A stretch of DNA of 64,000 bases from Klebsormidium nitens. Taxonomy: Eukaryota > Plantae > Klebsormidiophyceae. Under the pieces are notes generated by a model. It was not told where the DNA came from. It saw only the letters and a program-made list of their open reading frames with translations, and did no database searches. The DNA is taken from the NCBI GenBank assembly GCA_000708835.1, contig DF237156.1, forward strand, positions 42,686 to 106,685, written 5' to 3'. How positions within the stretch are numbered: position 1 is the first letter of the stretch; each line of letters begins with the position of its first letter. A program made the translations under genes and the position numbers. Below are positions 27,601 through 39,600 of this stretch, one piece after another.

Positions 27601-30600
27601 CTGGGGGCAGGGTTCGCTGATTACGAGATACCCCGGGCACGGTTCGGGCACGTCCCAAACCAGGAAGGTTGTGCTAACCCCGTTCAGGGTTTGCTGGCTG
27701 ATCCGGGTTGTGCCGACTTCCAGGGCGACCACCACGACTGGAGGAACAGGGTCTGCAAAAGAGGTTAAGGACAGGGTTAGCGGAAGCTGCTACCGTCGTA
27801 AAAGGGAAATTTTGCGATCATTAAAGCGAACATTAACGCCTGGCGAGGACGTTCTAGTCACAGCGGATTGCAAACATTCGGCCTCGCAGGGACGAGAGAC
27901 TAAAAACCTTGTAAGACTACAAAAACTGCTGCGACAAACCTCCTTTTCTCACTGATACCCTCAACCAGAACAGTGCTAAGAACAGAGATCAAGAGCCACT
28001 CCAATAACAGCGAAAAGGCCGCTTCAGGAAGAACGCCTGTGACAAAAGCTCGACATATGGGCTCGACAACATGAACACTGGCGAACAGTGACAAACGCCT
28101 CAAGTTCTTCTAAGATGGCTTCTTTAAAAAGCTCTTCGAAGCTTCTCCAGACATCGCTCACCGACTGTGAAAAGTACGCTTCGAGAAGCGACGAGGGAAC
28201 CAAACCCGTCCGTGGTCTGGATCGTGAGCCGGTGGCCACCGACCGAGAGGCCCTCTAACTGGAGCTGCCCCTCTCCCGCGCCGCAGGGAACGGGGGCGTT
28301 GTCGTCCAACTGCAGCGAAAACAGGGCCTTTATTGAACCACTCAAGGTCAACAAAAGCATTCGATGTAAATCCTTGAAAAGAGCGGAGGTCTTGCGAGTA
28401 GTGGGTAGGAGTGCAAGCAGGAAGAGTGCGGCACTTAAAAGCAACGAAGGTCCGCGAATAGTGACAAATGGACTCGGAAAGGCGCCCAGAAAACAGGGAA
28501 TGGCTGTCTGAGGCAAAGCCTCGCCTGCTCTCTGAAAGCAGAAGCTGTGGCCGTCGCGAGATGCAGATCATCCAAATTCCTTAGGGTACGTTCGAGACCA
28601 TAGTAATAAACCTCAGCTTCGATGAACTGCTTGTAGGCTGAGGCTTTTTTTACTCCTGTACATCAGTGATCATGCATTATTGGGGTGCGCTGGCAACATG
28701 ATTTGCAATCGTCCAAAGCGCTTCTAAGCAACCCACGCTGAAGGAAAGATGCCTCTGCATCAAACACCACAAAGCTACCTTACGCGCAAGCAGAAGAGAC
28801 CTCACCTGGCAGGTAGAGACGCAGGGCGTGTTCACACAAGCGGCCGCGCTCCCGCCCGTCAGCTGGAAGGCCAACCTCCACTGGTTGGTGTTAATGAACT
28901 CGCCGATCGGGGGGTTTAACACCATGGTTCCCAGGTCCGCAGGCGCCGCGATTGTGTACGCAGGAGTGGTGTCAAGCGTCCGGGGGAGTGACGTCATCAT
29001 CTGCTGGACTGTCCGTACCATCTGGGAGTCCGGAGCGGGGTTGATGATCTGCCCGGTTGACAGCTGGATGACGTTACTTGAGGTGTTAAGTGGCACGGTG
29101 ACGGCAGAGGGGACGGTACCCGGGGGGTTCGTACCGGGCACTGTGGTGGGCAGGGGTGAGGTCGGGATGGAAGGGACCGGGGCGGGCGAAAGGACCGGGA
29201 TTGGAGTACCTGTAGACGAGAGGAACATGGATTCCATTAGGAAAACAAGCGAGGAATACTTCAGAAGAGCAGGACGGCTAGTGACCTTCGACCTCGATAA
29301 AAAGAAACGACTGAGTTGGAAGCCAAGACTCTCGAGTAAGATTGGAGTATCTGAAAGAAAAAGGAAAACGGGACCTGATGCACAAGGGGCTGACGAGAGG
29401 TTGGAAGACGAGATCCGGCTTGAGCCGAACCCAGTGGTGTGGGTCAATAAGTCCAAAGCTGCCACGCAGTCCGATCGCTTGTTAGTCTGTGAGACCAGGG
29501 ACGTCCGCTCGGGAATGTGCGCAATTCTAGACTTTTCTTGAGAGGATAAAAAGTTGGATCTCATGTAAGCCCAGCCAAAGCCAGGCGACTCCTTTCGAGA
29601 CCGACGCGACGCTTAACTAGTAGACGGAAGAGGACCCGAAGTCAGGAGGCGACAGAGGAATATTCAATCACGCTTCTTCGTACTTGCAGTTTTCGCAGCC
29701 GTCTCTGAGCGCATCTGGGCCGAGCCCACCTCTTTCATCATTACAGCGAAGAACTTAACTTCTCTTTATCGTTACATCGAAGAACAGAACTTTAAAACAA
29801 GACGATGCGCACACAGGCTAAAACACGACCAGTTCAGATTCCGTCAAATGCTTGCCTGTCTGCGCCAGAACAGCAGCCGGGGAAACGGTCGCGCCCGGTT
29901 GCGTCTGCTGCGGTGCAGGGAAGCTCTGCCCGGGGGGGGCAACCGGGGCGTTCGTCGACCCCCCCGGCACTGCCAAAGTCGGGCTCGGACTTTCGATTGC
30001 AAAGTCTGGCGCGGGCGTGGTTTGGGCGGCGGTTACCGTTGACCCTACAGAAGGTGCGGCGGAGCGAATTAGTGCGGCGGGCGGAGTGACTGACGGGGTG
30101 GTTAGTAGCGGGTTAGTGACTGTGGTTGACAGCGTTGGTCTGGGTAATGGAGGGTTAGCGAAACCCGTTTGGAAAAAGGGCAGTGGTGACCCGATGGGTA
30201 GTTGGTTGAAGCTCAACGTGACGACTGGGACGGGCGAAGGAATCAGTGGAGGATTAGCAGAAGTGGTTAGCGGCGAATTAGTAGGAGCGGTCAGTGAAGT
30301 ATCCGTAGAAGCGGGCAAAGCTAAAGTGCTTTCAGTTGGTGTCAGTATTGGGAGACCGGTGAAGGTCGTTTGGACTAATTTGGGTAGTGATGACCCTGGT
30401 GGGTTCTCAGTAGATAAAGTGGGTTTGGTTTGGGCAGTCGACAGCGTTGACGCAACTGGAGTTTGTGTGGGGTTAGAGACACTGCTTAATATTCGTAATG
30501 ACACCCAACCGGCGTAGTCGTAGAAATTGCTGGAGGCCCGGTAGAACCAACCGGGAAGACGGTGACCGAGTTAGGAGCAATCGGGTTAGTACCTTGCGGA

Positions 30601-33600
30601 GCGGGGGTTCCAGCCGGGGTTAAAGTCGGGGTTACTGGCGCAGTTGTCGGGCCGAAAGGGACACTGGTTAACGTGCTGGGGGCAGCCGTTGAGCCCATTG
30701 GGGAAAGGGTCGGCGAACCCGGGGTTAGAGTTGGGGAACCCGGGGCTGATGTCGGCGATCCTGGAGCATTGGTGGGTGCGAAAGTTGGGGGACCCGGGGC
30801 ACCGACTGGTGTGCCCGGCGTTAGGGTTGGCAAACCTGGGGTTAGGGTAGGTAACCCTGGGGCTAGCGTCGGCAAACCCGGGGTTCGGGTCGGCGAACCC
30901 GGACCAGCGGTAGAACTCCCCGAGGATGACGTCGGGATGACCGGGAGGGGAGTCGAGCCGACAGGGGAGGTTGGACTCGGGGTAGCGGTTGGTCCGGTTG
31001 GAGCAGAGGTTGGAACTGCTGGAGCACCGGTAGTACGGACCGGGGAAGGAGTCGTGCCAACCGGGGCTGGAGACGTGGCAACCGGGGGGAGAGTGGAACC
31101 GCCCGGAGCAGGGGTGGTACCAACCGGGGCAGGGGTGGTACCAATCGGCGAAGGGGTTACGGGTGGTAGAGTAGAACCACCCGGGGCAGGGGTGGTTCCA
31201 ACCGGAGCAGGGGTGGTACCCACCGGGGGAGAGCTCGGGTCAACCGGGGCAGGGGTCGTGCTAATCGGGGCAGGAGTTGTGCTAACCGGGGCCGGTGTGG
31301 TGCTAACCGGGGCCGAGGTTGTGCTAACCGGGGCAGGGCTGGTGCTAACCGGGGCAGGGGTGGTGCTAACCGGGACGGCCGTCGTGGGGACCGGGGTCGG
31401 GGTAACAGGATCCGGGGCAGGTGTGGTAGGAAACGGGGTCGGGGTAACAGGAACCGGGGCCGGTGTGGTAGGGACCGGGGCAGCAGTCGTTGCGACCGGG
31501 GCAGGGGTGGGAGGTCCAGGCGTGATACCGTAAGCCACGTCCTGCAAAAGAGAGCCCGGAAAACGGATTCTACCAGCGTGGAACAATGCTTTGGAATTCA
31601 TTGTGGCGAGCCTTGATCTGATGATAATAAGGAATGGATCGTCTCGCAAGGAGAAACGTCTCGCAAGGACAAAGGTCATTACAATGCGATGGCGACTGGT
31701 CTGAACGGGCGAGCAGATAAGAAAGGCTTCCAGAGCTGATCCTCCCGTACAAAAACAACTTTTCGTAAGCCCCAGATGGGTCAAATCGCGCCGGTGCAAA
31801 CAATAAGAATCGCACCGTTCGAGGGTTACGCTGCTGTAATCTTGAACAAGATTGTCCGGGCTTGGAACGCTCGTAGTCGACAGCTTTCTTCTCGGTCCTC
31901 TTACACCTTTCACCACAGAGGCGCGCGATTTAAGCGACCTTTCAGCAGAGGCGCCAGCCAAGAAGTCGCCGGACTCTCACCTGCTGCTGCCCAGGTGCAG
32001 CCGTGTTGCCCTCGTAGATACTGCCCGGGTCGTTATAAGTACCGCCGGCAATAAAGGCCGCCCCTCCGGCGCCACTCACCTGCATAGATGGTTTTGCCAG
32101 GATTACGTTGTGGGGTCTAAGGGATTCCAAAAACTCGAAATTCAGGACTTTAGATTTCAGCGTTAGGGATCACAGGTTTTGAGTCTCAGCTAAACTAGCG
32201 TTTCGAGGGTTTCAGTAAACTCAGTTACTGTGACCGCTGGACTAGCGCGTCGCATCAGCTCGGTTCGTCAGATTGCCAGCAGAGAATCCCAATCGGACGC
32301 TCACTAACAAACTTTATCATATCACGAGTCTTTTGAGAGCAGGGCTTTCCGAGTCTCTTGGCCATCCTGACTCGCACGGCTATCTCTCTTCTCTGGCTTT
32401 GCTAAACCCCTGATTTCACGAAGTTATTTCAGAACGGAAATCGACACTGGGACCAATGTACTCAGCCCTCTTCGAAAACGCCCTCTTCTTCTTTTTCGTT
32501 TTTGCTCCGAAGGCGGAAGAGCGTCTCTGGGCTGGCTTCTTCGGACTGTTCATGAAAGGCCCTCGCAGTGTGCCAAGTGATTCCCACACCTCTGAGAGTA
32601 GTATGCGTCGACTTGACACTCCAAAAAGCGTCAATCTGAGGAAGCTTCCGAATGGGACCGCAACAATGCGTCCAAACCAGCCTTTGATACTGTGTCCGAA
32701 CAGACTCTGACACACCGTTTGGACAATTTGGATACAACGACTGAACGGAGAATCAGCAAACCCGCGCCCAAGCTGGGTGTATATATTGTTGATGTTAGGT
32801 GCTTAGTCAGATCAGCGTCCCGGCAACACTTACCGCTGAGTTCGAGACGAAGCTGCAACTGATGCAGTTCGTGATTCCGCTGGATTGGTAGAGGGCGCCC
32901 CCGCTCTGCAAGTTAAGAAACGGAAACGGATCGTCAGTGATCCCCAACACGTCTCGTCGTTGTGCGAGACTCTTAGAAACAGCCAACATAAGGAGAACGA
33001 TGACGTGAAGCTAAAATCGATTGAAAGGAGAAAATTTTCTGCCCATTCAAAGGCGCGCCGTTTGACCAACAGTTTGTCTTTAAGCCGGGTGTCGGAAAAA
33101 GCCTTTGAAAGTTTTGCAAAATGAGGGACTAGGAATGGTCGTGGATTGGCGAACGGAAGGTCCCTCCTTTTGAGAGGACAAAGAAGGGTGGTGACCAGAC
33201 AAAAGAGGAATATTAGGGTGACGAAATTGGAGAGATCTCGATACTAGTCACCGTATCTTCCTCCTGGACTCAATCGTGTCGATAGGTTCTCCCTTCCTAG
33301 TGGCTTCCAAGTCGTCACCTCGTCATGGTTGTCAACATCGCGTCGATCCGTCTCAACGCGATGACAGCTCGCGCGGAAAGCGGAGCACCGACAGAAAACG
33401 GAGCGCCAGCGGAAAGGGAAACAGTCGCAGGCGTTACTTCTTTTCGTTCTGCTTCGACCCCGCAAGCGAGCTGCTAACCAACTAACAAACCCCGAGGAAG
33501 AAAGGAGACCCCACGGACCGAGCGAGCTGGGTTGAGCTTTACCTGGTCTGCCGTGTTGTACTGGAAGTAGCAGTTGGTGCAGTTGAAGGTCCCGCCGTCG

Positions 33601-36600
33601 TTGTAAACGGCTCCGCCGTTCTGCGCACAATTGCAAAAGTATGAGATTTTATTTCTTTGACGGCAAAGACATTTGAAATTCTTGCAAAGTAGAGAATCAA
33701 GGTTTTGGGTCGGCAGGGTTCACCAGAATAGATAAGCGAAGTGCATCAAAGCGAAGGAGCGGCTCTAAGGAAGAAAAGGCGATTCGAGAGAAGGCAGCAT
33801 TCGACGCTCGACGGTGGTTATTTCTGTTGATTGAACGCTTGCCAAAATCCAATTGCACGATAAGAGTCGATGCTGCGTCTGACCCACAGGCCCGAATATT
33901 CTTCGATTCGCTTCTGACACACTCACCACTGCCTCTTGATAGAACCAGATTCTCTGCCGCCCCAAGACCTTCTTTCCCGCAGACCCTTTTCCCGCAGAGT
34001 TCTTTCCCGCAGACTCCAGATAATTCAGATGTGGATTAGCACGACACTGGGCTCAAGTCTTAGAGTAGAACAGCTAGAAGATGTCGAAACAGTGTCAAAA
34101 GCGGGACTTACAGTAGCGCTCCCCGAATCGAACTGCAGATTGGTGCCGTTGAAGGTCCCCCCCGGAGAGATATACAGCAAACCCTGCGAAATGCGAGGGG
34201 AATAGCTGATATGCGCCGCAAGAAGCCTCTTCAATCGAAATGGCAGCTCTCTTTACACCCGCAGAAGAAACTTCAGGTGCAGGCATCGTTCAATCAAATC
34301 AGGATCGCGCCCTAGAAGGGCCACAAAATCAGCAAAAAGCAAGCAAAAAGCAGCAAAAGATACGGGGGATTTGTGATATCAAGTAAAGATTGAGGAGACC
34401 CGAAGGAAAAGAAAGCCAAGGAAAAGAAAGCCCACCCCGTTTGTGCCCTGATACCCGTTCCCTGCTAACGTCATGTCCTGCGCCGACACCGTCATCCCAG
34501 GGCCCACTACAAAGAGAGGCCCTGACGTCACTTGCAACAGCCTCCTGCTCGGTATCTGTGGCGGACTGCCAGCACCGAAAGAGTCTCCCCCAACCGGGGG
34601 GGGTAGTGACGGGGAGCTCTGGATCCCCCCCGAAGGTGTGGCAGTCGGAGGGGGGGACGTTGGAGTGGGTGTGGGGGTGTCAGAAGGGGGTGGGTTCAGA
34701 GGGGTTTGCGGGAGGAGGGAAGAATTTGCCGGGGTTTGGACGGGGGGAGGTGAAGAACTTTCAGACGTTTCTGAAGGTGGGGGTAGTAAGGGAGCTTGAG
34801 TAGTCTCTACAGGTGGGGGCGTGGCCGTAAGCGAAGTTGGGGTCGGGGGGGCGAGAATATTGGAGATGCCGTCCCAGGGGGGGGATGGGCAGCGTTTCCG
34901 GGGGGCTGTTCGTGGAGACTTCGTCTGCCAGGGGGGGAGAAATGTACGTTGGCGGGGGAGGATACGGCGCAGTTTCGAGAATAGGGGGGGGTGCTGAAAG
35001 CGCAGGGGGTGGAAGTTGCAAATCCTTGGAAGGGAGGGGGGACGCAAGCAGCGGCGAGGGCGCGACGAAAGGGGGGGGTGGCGCGGAGCCTTCTATCACG
35101 ATCGTCGAGCCCCACCCCAGGAAGGTGACCGTCCGCGCGAGCGGCGGAAGGGGCGCGGAAAGTACGTAAGTCCCCAGGGCCATGTACACCTCACAAGACC
35201 CGGAAGCGGCGCAGAATATGAGCGAAGTGACGTCAGCCACCTCGCAAATGTCGTCACAGGCGGGGAGCGGAAATGTGGGGGCGGGGGTGGGGGAGGGGGG
35301 AGTGGGACGAATTGCTGGGGGTGGGAAAGCGGGAGCGATCGCCGGAGGGGGAAAGGCGGGGAAAGGGGGTGGTAACGATGGCACGGCGGGTGGGGGAGGG
35401 TTACCTAGGGGTGGAAACGGAATGCGAGATGATGTGGTGAAAGTGAGGAAGAGACGACAGCAAGTGGAGGAGAAGACCTATCGTAAAATGTTGAGCATCG
35501 CAGTGCGGGCACTCAGGAAGCAGCGAAGAACAACAAGAAGGAAAACTCAGCATCGGATCTCAGCAAGAAAATCAGCAAAGGAATGGGCACATGTTTGAAA
35601 ACCCTCGGCGAGCATTTACCTCGTTCTTTTTTGAGACAGACTGGTTCACGACTCGTGAGCAGCAAAAAAGTGCACGGAAAAAGCGAGAATACGGTATTAG
35701 CAGCTGAAAGAACTCACTTTCTGCCGGTATTGGCGGTGGGCTCGAGAGCGGGGGGGGCACCAACACCGGGGGAGGAAACGGCACGCTCGATGGGGGGGGA
35801 GGTAAATTTGGAGGTGGTGACGAAAGAGTTGGGGGGGGCGCTAGGGGGGGGGGCTGAGTTGGAGGCGGATTGAGGAGGAGAGGGGGTGGGTTCACCGAAG
35901 TTGGGGGCGCAAGAACCGGAGGGGGGGGGATACTTTCGGGGGCGGAAAAGTTGAGGGGGGGGCTGATTTGGAGGCGGATTGAGAGGGACGGCGGGGGGGT
36001 TCGCCGGAGGGGGGTGGGCAAGAACCGGAGGAGGAGGTGATACTTGGGGGGGTGGAAAACTGGCAGGAGGTGGTAGTGAGCTGAGAGGGGGCGGAGGGGA
36101 AATGAGGGGCGGCGGGGGGGATCGGAGCGGAGGGGGGGGAGCCACTCGTGGTGGGGGGAACTGGGGAAGGGGGGGGGCGCAGGATCTGCGCGGAGAAAAG
36201 AAGAGGCTCAAAAAGAGAGGAGGGAGACTCGAAAAAGGTGCATGCGCGTGCAAGAACAAAACGAGCAGGCAAAGCTTCTGCAAGAAAGAAAAGCTCTAAC
36301 GATTCCGCTGGCTGACCTGGCAGAGCATTGTGGATCAGTCCGGCTAACTGACATTGGACAAGAGCCCTCTTTCTTTGAGGAATCAAACAAGGGAACATCA
36401 AACAAGCCCAAATACGTCAACATCAGACACGTGAAGATAGCCCTACATAAGTGGTTGTTTTTCCGAACAGAAACGCTTGCGATATTTGCCGAGAACTGGA
36501 AACTCACACAAATCGCTTTCCGTCGCCGCCACGTAATCAATCACCGCCCCGTACGCGCTCGAGGTCGCGTCCTCCTCATAGAACACCAGCGTCGTCTCGT

Positions 36601-39600
36601 TGCTGACGGCAGCAAACGTCAGCCGCTGGAGCGTATACAACATGTTCGTGGTGGTCCGCGCGGGGTCGAACGGAACCGGAAAGTACTGAGCGGATCCCCC
36701 GGTCAGGTTTCCGACGTCAACTACCAGCGTCTTGACGTCCGTGCTAGAGCTCTCGGGGTTTCGGCTGAGGGCGAAGGAAAGGTCGTAGAGGGCCCCCGGA
36801 GTAGTGACGAAACTCTGGCGCAGGAAGAAAATGGGTTAGAAAATCTGGTTAGAACCTGGTAAGATGCACCCTCATTGAGGGCCTCGGGGCCCCCGAAGCT
36901 GTGTTGGAATTGCGTCGCAAGAAGAAACGAGTCAGCTGATCCGGTTAGAAATTGGTTCTTTGCTCCTACAACAAGCGCACACGTGCAGGCACACGTGTCT
37001 ACCAAGTTCAAGTAACCAACGGCACGCGGCCAGGCTTCTGTGCATAGAAAACTTGCGGACCAGTCAGAAGTTAGTGGGTTGACAAACATCAGCAGAAAGT
37101 GACCCGCCTATGACATTAAGAACCCAACATGAAGACCGAAATGTGCAGAGTGGTTGCTATAAGTTTCAATGCCGAAGCGGGTATCCCAATGACTCACTTG
37201 CGATATCGCTCCAGGGGTTTGGCCAGCCATGTCAATAGAGCGCTCTCCCGAATACGCCTCTGCAAATGGGTGCGAGGTGAAATTGTTAAAAATCCCTACC
37301 TGATCCGCCTTTATATATAGTCCAGCTTCGTACTTGATGCAATGCTCACAGAAGAGACACGTTGTTAGAGGCAACTGACGGCCTCTGGACACAAGCTGAT
37401 ATTGATTTAAAATGCCCGACTGCGGTGTCAGGAGACGTTCATTTGTTTCTCACACTTAGCTTGTTTCCTGCGCTCCTCAGTGCCGTCTTTGACACTGACC
37501 TTTCGTTTTTTTTGCAAACCAAGAGCCCTTTTTTCCGACTGCCGCTCGACAGCAAGCGGAAAATCATAACAAACACTCGTTCCTTGCAATCAGTACCAGC
37601 TCCCACGGTCTTGCGCAAAAGAGACGCCCCTTACCGCCACAATCTGCGCGGAACGGACCCGGAACGAACCGGAACGAATCGGAACGAAACCGAGGGTTCT
37701 GGAATCACCCCGTAAGTGTACCAAGTCACTAAATGCTCTCATGAGCGGAACGGACGAACGGAACGGAACGGAACGGAACCGAGAGTTTTGTACTCACCCC
37801 AGTAAGTGTAACGGTTCACTTCGATGCTCCCAAGGTCAGTCCCGGCGTATTGACTCCGGCTCGGGATAACATCCCAGTTTGCCAGCCAATATCCGGTAAG
37901 GTTTCTGGGATCGACTCTGTAGAACCTCTCTTCAGTGAAGGGGGTTCCTTCCTCAAAGTCCGGGTTGAGGAGAAGGTTCCCGGTAACCGGGGGCACTGAG
38001 AAAGTCGGGTAAGCGTGGGTTAGCGGTTAGCAGTTGGAAGAGATGGTCATCATGCAGTGGTCAGGAATTTTGCGAATTAAAGGAATCGTGCAAAGAATGG
38101 TTTTGCTCACGCAGCAAACTCGACGTGCAAATGGGCTACGAGAACGTACTAGGGACTCAGACATCCTTCCAGTCTGATAGTAGGCCTTTTCAAACAGCTC
38201 CTTCTATGAAGACTCCGGAGGTACAATTCAGTGTGAAACGTTCGAGAAAGTGAGAAATAGAGATTCAAGGAACATCGCACAGACTTTCCTCCAGTTAAGC
38301 TGCATCTAGTTTTACGCATGGATCTCTGCTCCACTGAGACGCCAGCTTTTGAAAGGCTCCTCTTAACACCAGAATGCATCTTCAACGCTCCAGCTCCATT
38401 GAAATAGTTTTGAATGCGAAAAAGCTGCTTCCAGCACTTGTCTCTTTGAACCAAGATTGCCAACAAGCAACAGGCCCGGCGAAAATAGCATCGAGTTTGA
38501 CGGTGGCTTACGTGAAGTTGGAGGAGGTGCTGCAAAAACGCCATATTAAGACCAATGTCAGAGATCCGTTGTTCTAAGATGCTTCCATACTCAATTCTAA
38601 GGGTCTGTACTTTGACGGGAGGAGCCGACCGGAAAACTCAAGACCCGAACCTGACGCGCCAGTTCAGACCCATACATCCATAAAACGTGTTGTCGACCTT
38701 TGACCTGTAAGAAACGGATTCTCAACACTCTGATTGAAGTGTCAGGAACTAAGTGCAGGGTTTGCGAAAGCAGCCGCGCCGCGTCAGGCAATCTACTCCG
38801 CTCCATTTATATATGGATCGTCAATCGTCAACCGTCAACAATAAAGCCCTTCAGCAACGCAACCTGTAAACGCTCACCGCTGACGAACGTCACGATCGCG
38901 CCATCGATGACGCAACCATAACCGTCCGCGGCCGTGTTCCCGCCCTCCGCAAACAGCAGCGTCGTCACCGTTCCGTTCGCCGTGAACGGAACGGTCTGAA
39001 CGGAATACTGCATGTCGGCTCTGGTCGGGCTCCCGTCGTTCGCGCTAACCGAAAACTCGACCTCGGCGTCGCCTACGGATACCTCCAACCAGCGTAGGCT
39101 TTGGTCGTTAGCAAAGTTGTCGGGGTTTCGCGCGAGCGCAAACTGGAGCTGGTACGTAGCCCTCGGCGCCGTTGAGAAACTCTGCGAGGGGCGCACGTCG
39201 AGCTTCCGTTTTTTTAGGATTGTGAGTTTGGAAGTTTTGAGCTCTGGGGAAACCGGGTACGTCCATCTCAAGTGAAGATTTTGAAGAACCTACAGAGCTG
39301 AACTTCCGACACTGAATGCCAGAAGCTTTGCAAAATGTTGGGCGTTTCTCAAACCACTATCCAGGTGTGCAAGGAGGTGAGTACTTTCAAGATCAGCTGC
39401 AATTTGAGTTCTGCTATTCAGGGCGCACGACAGGAAACTTACTTTCTCAGATTTCAAATTTTCAGCGATGGCTAATCAAACGTCCGGACTCTCAAATGTT
39501 GCAAGCTTCAAGCACCGCTATTCGCTTCGTTCGAATGAGTGTTGAGCCATATACGCGCACGCGAAAGCATCGGTCAGAGTATGGCCCTCGAACCCTCGAA

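Noticed and set aside
28828-31533. Long plus-strand Gly/Val-rich ORFs (28828-29541, 29852-30517, 30562-31533)
   Set aside because: They are antisense shadows of the Pro/Thr-rich exons; the splice signals and domain continuity are on the minus strand.
34840-36185. Apparent frameshifts suggesting the giant gene is a pseudogene
   Set aside because: All fall in poly-C/G runs of about 6-9 nt. Adding two C residues in exon 8 restores both phase and a natural peptide, and exon 7 is net in frame with compensating shifts. Homopolymer under-calling is the simplest explanation; read mapping would confirm it.
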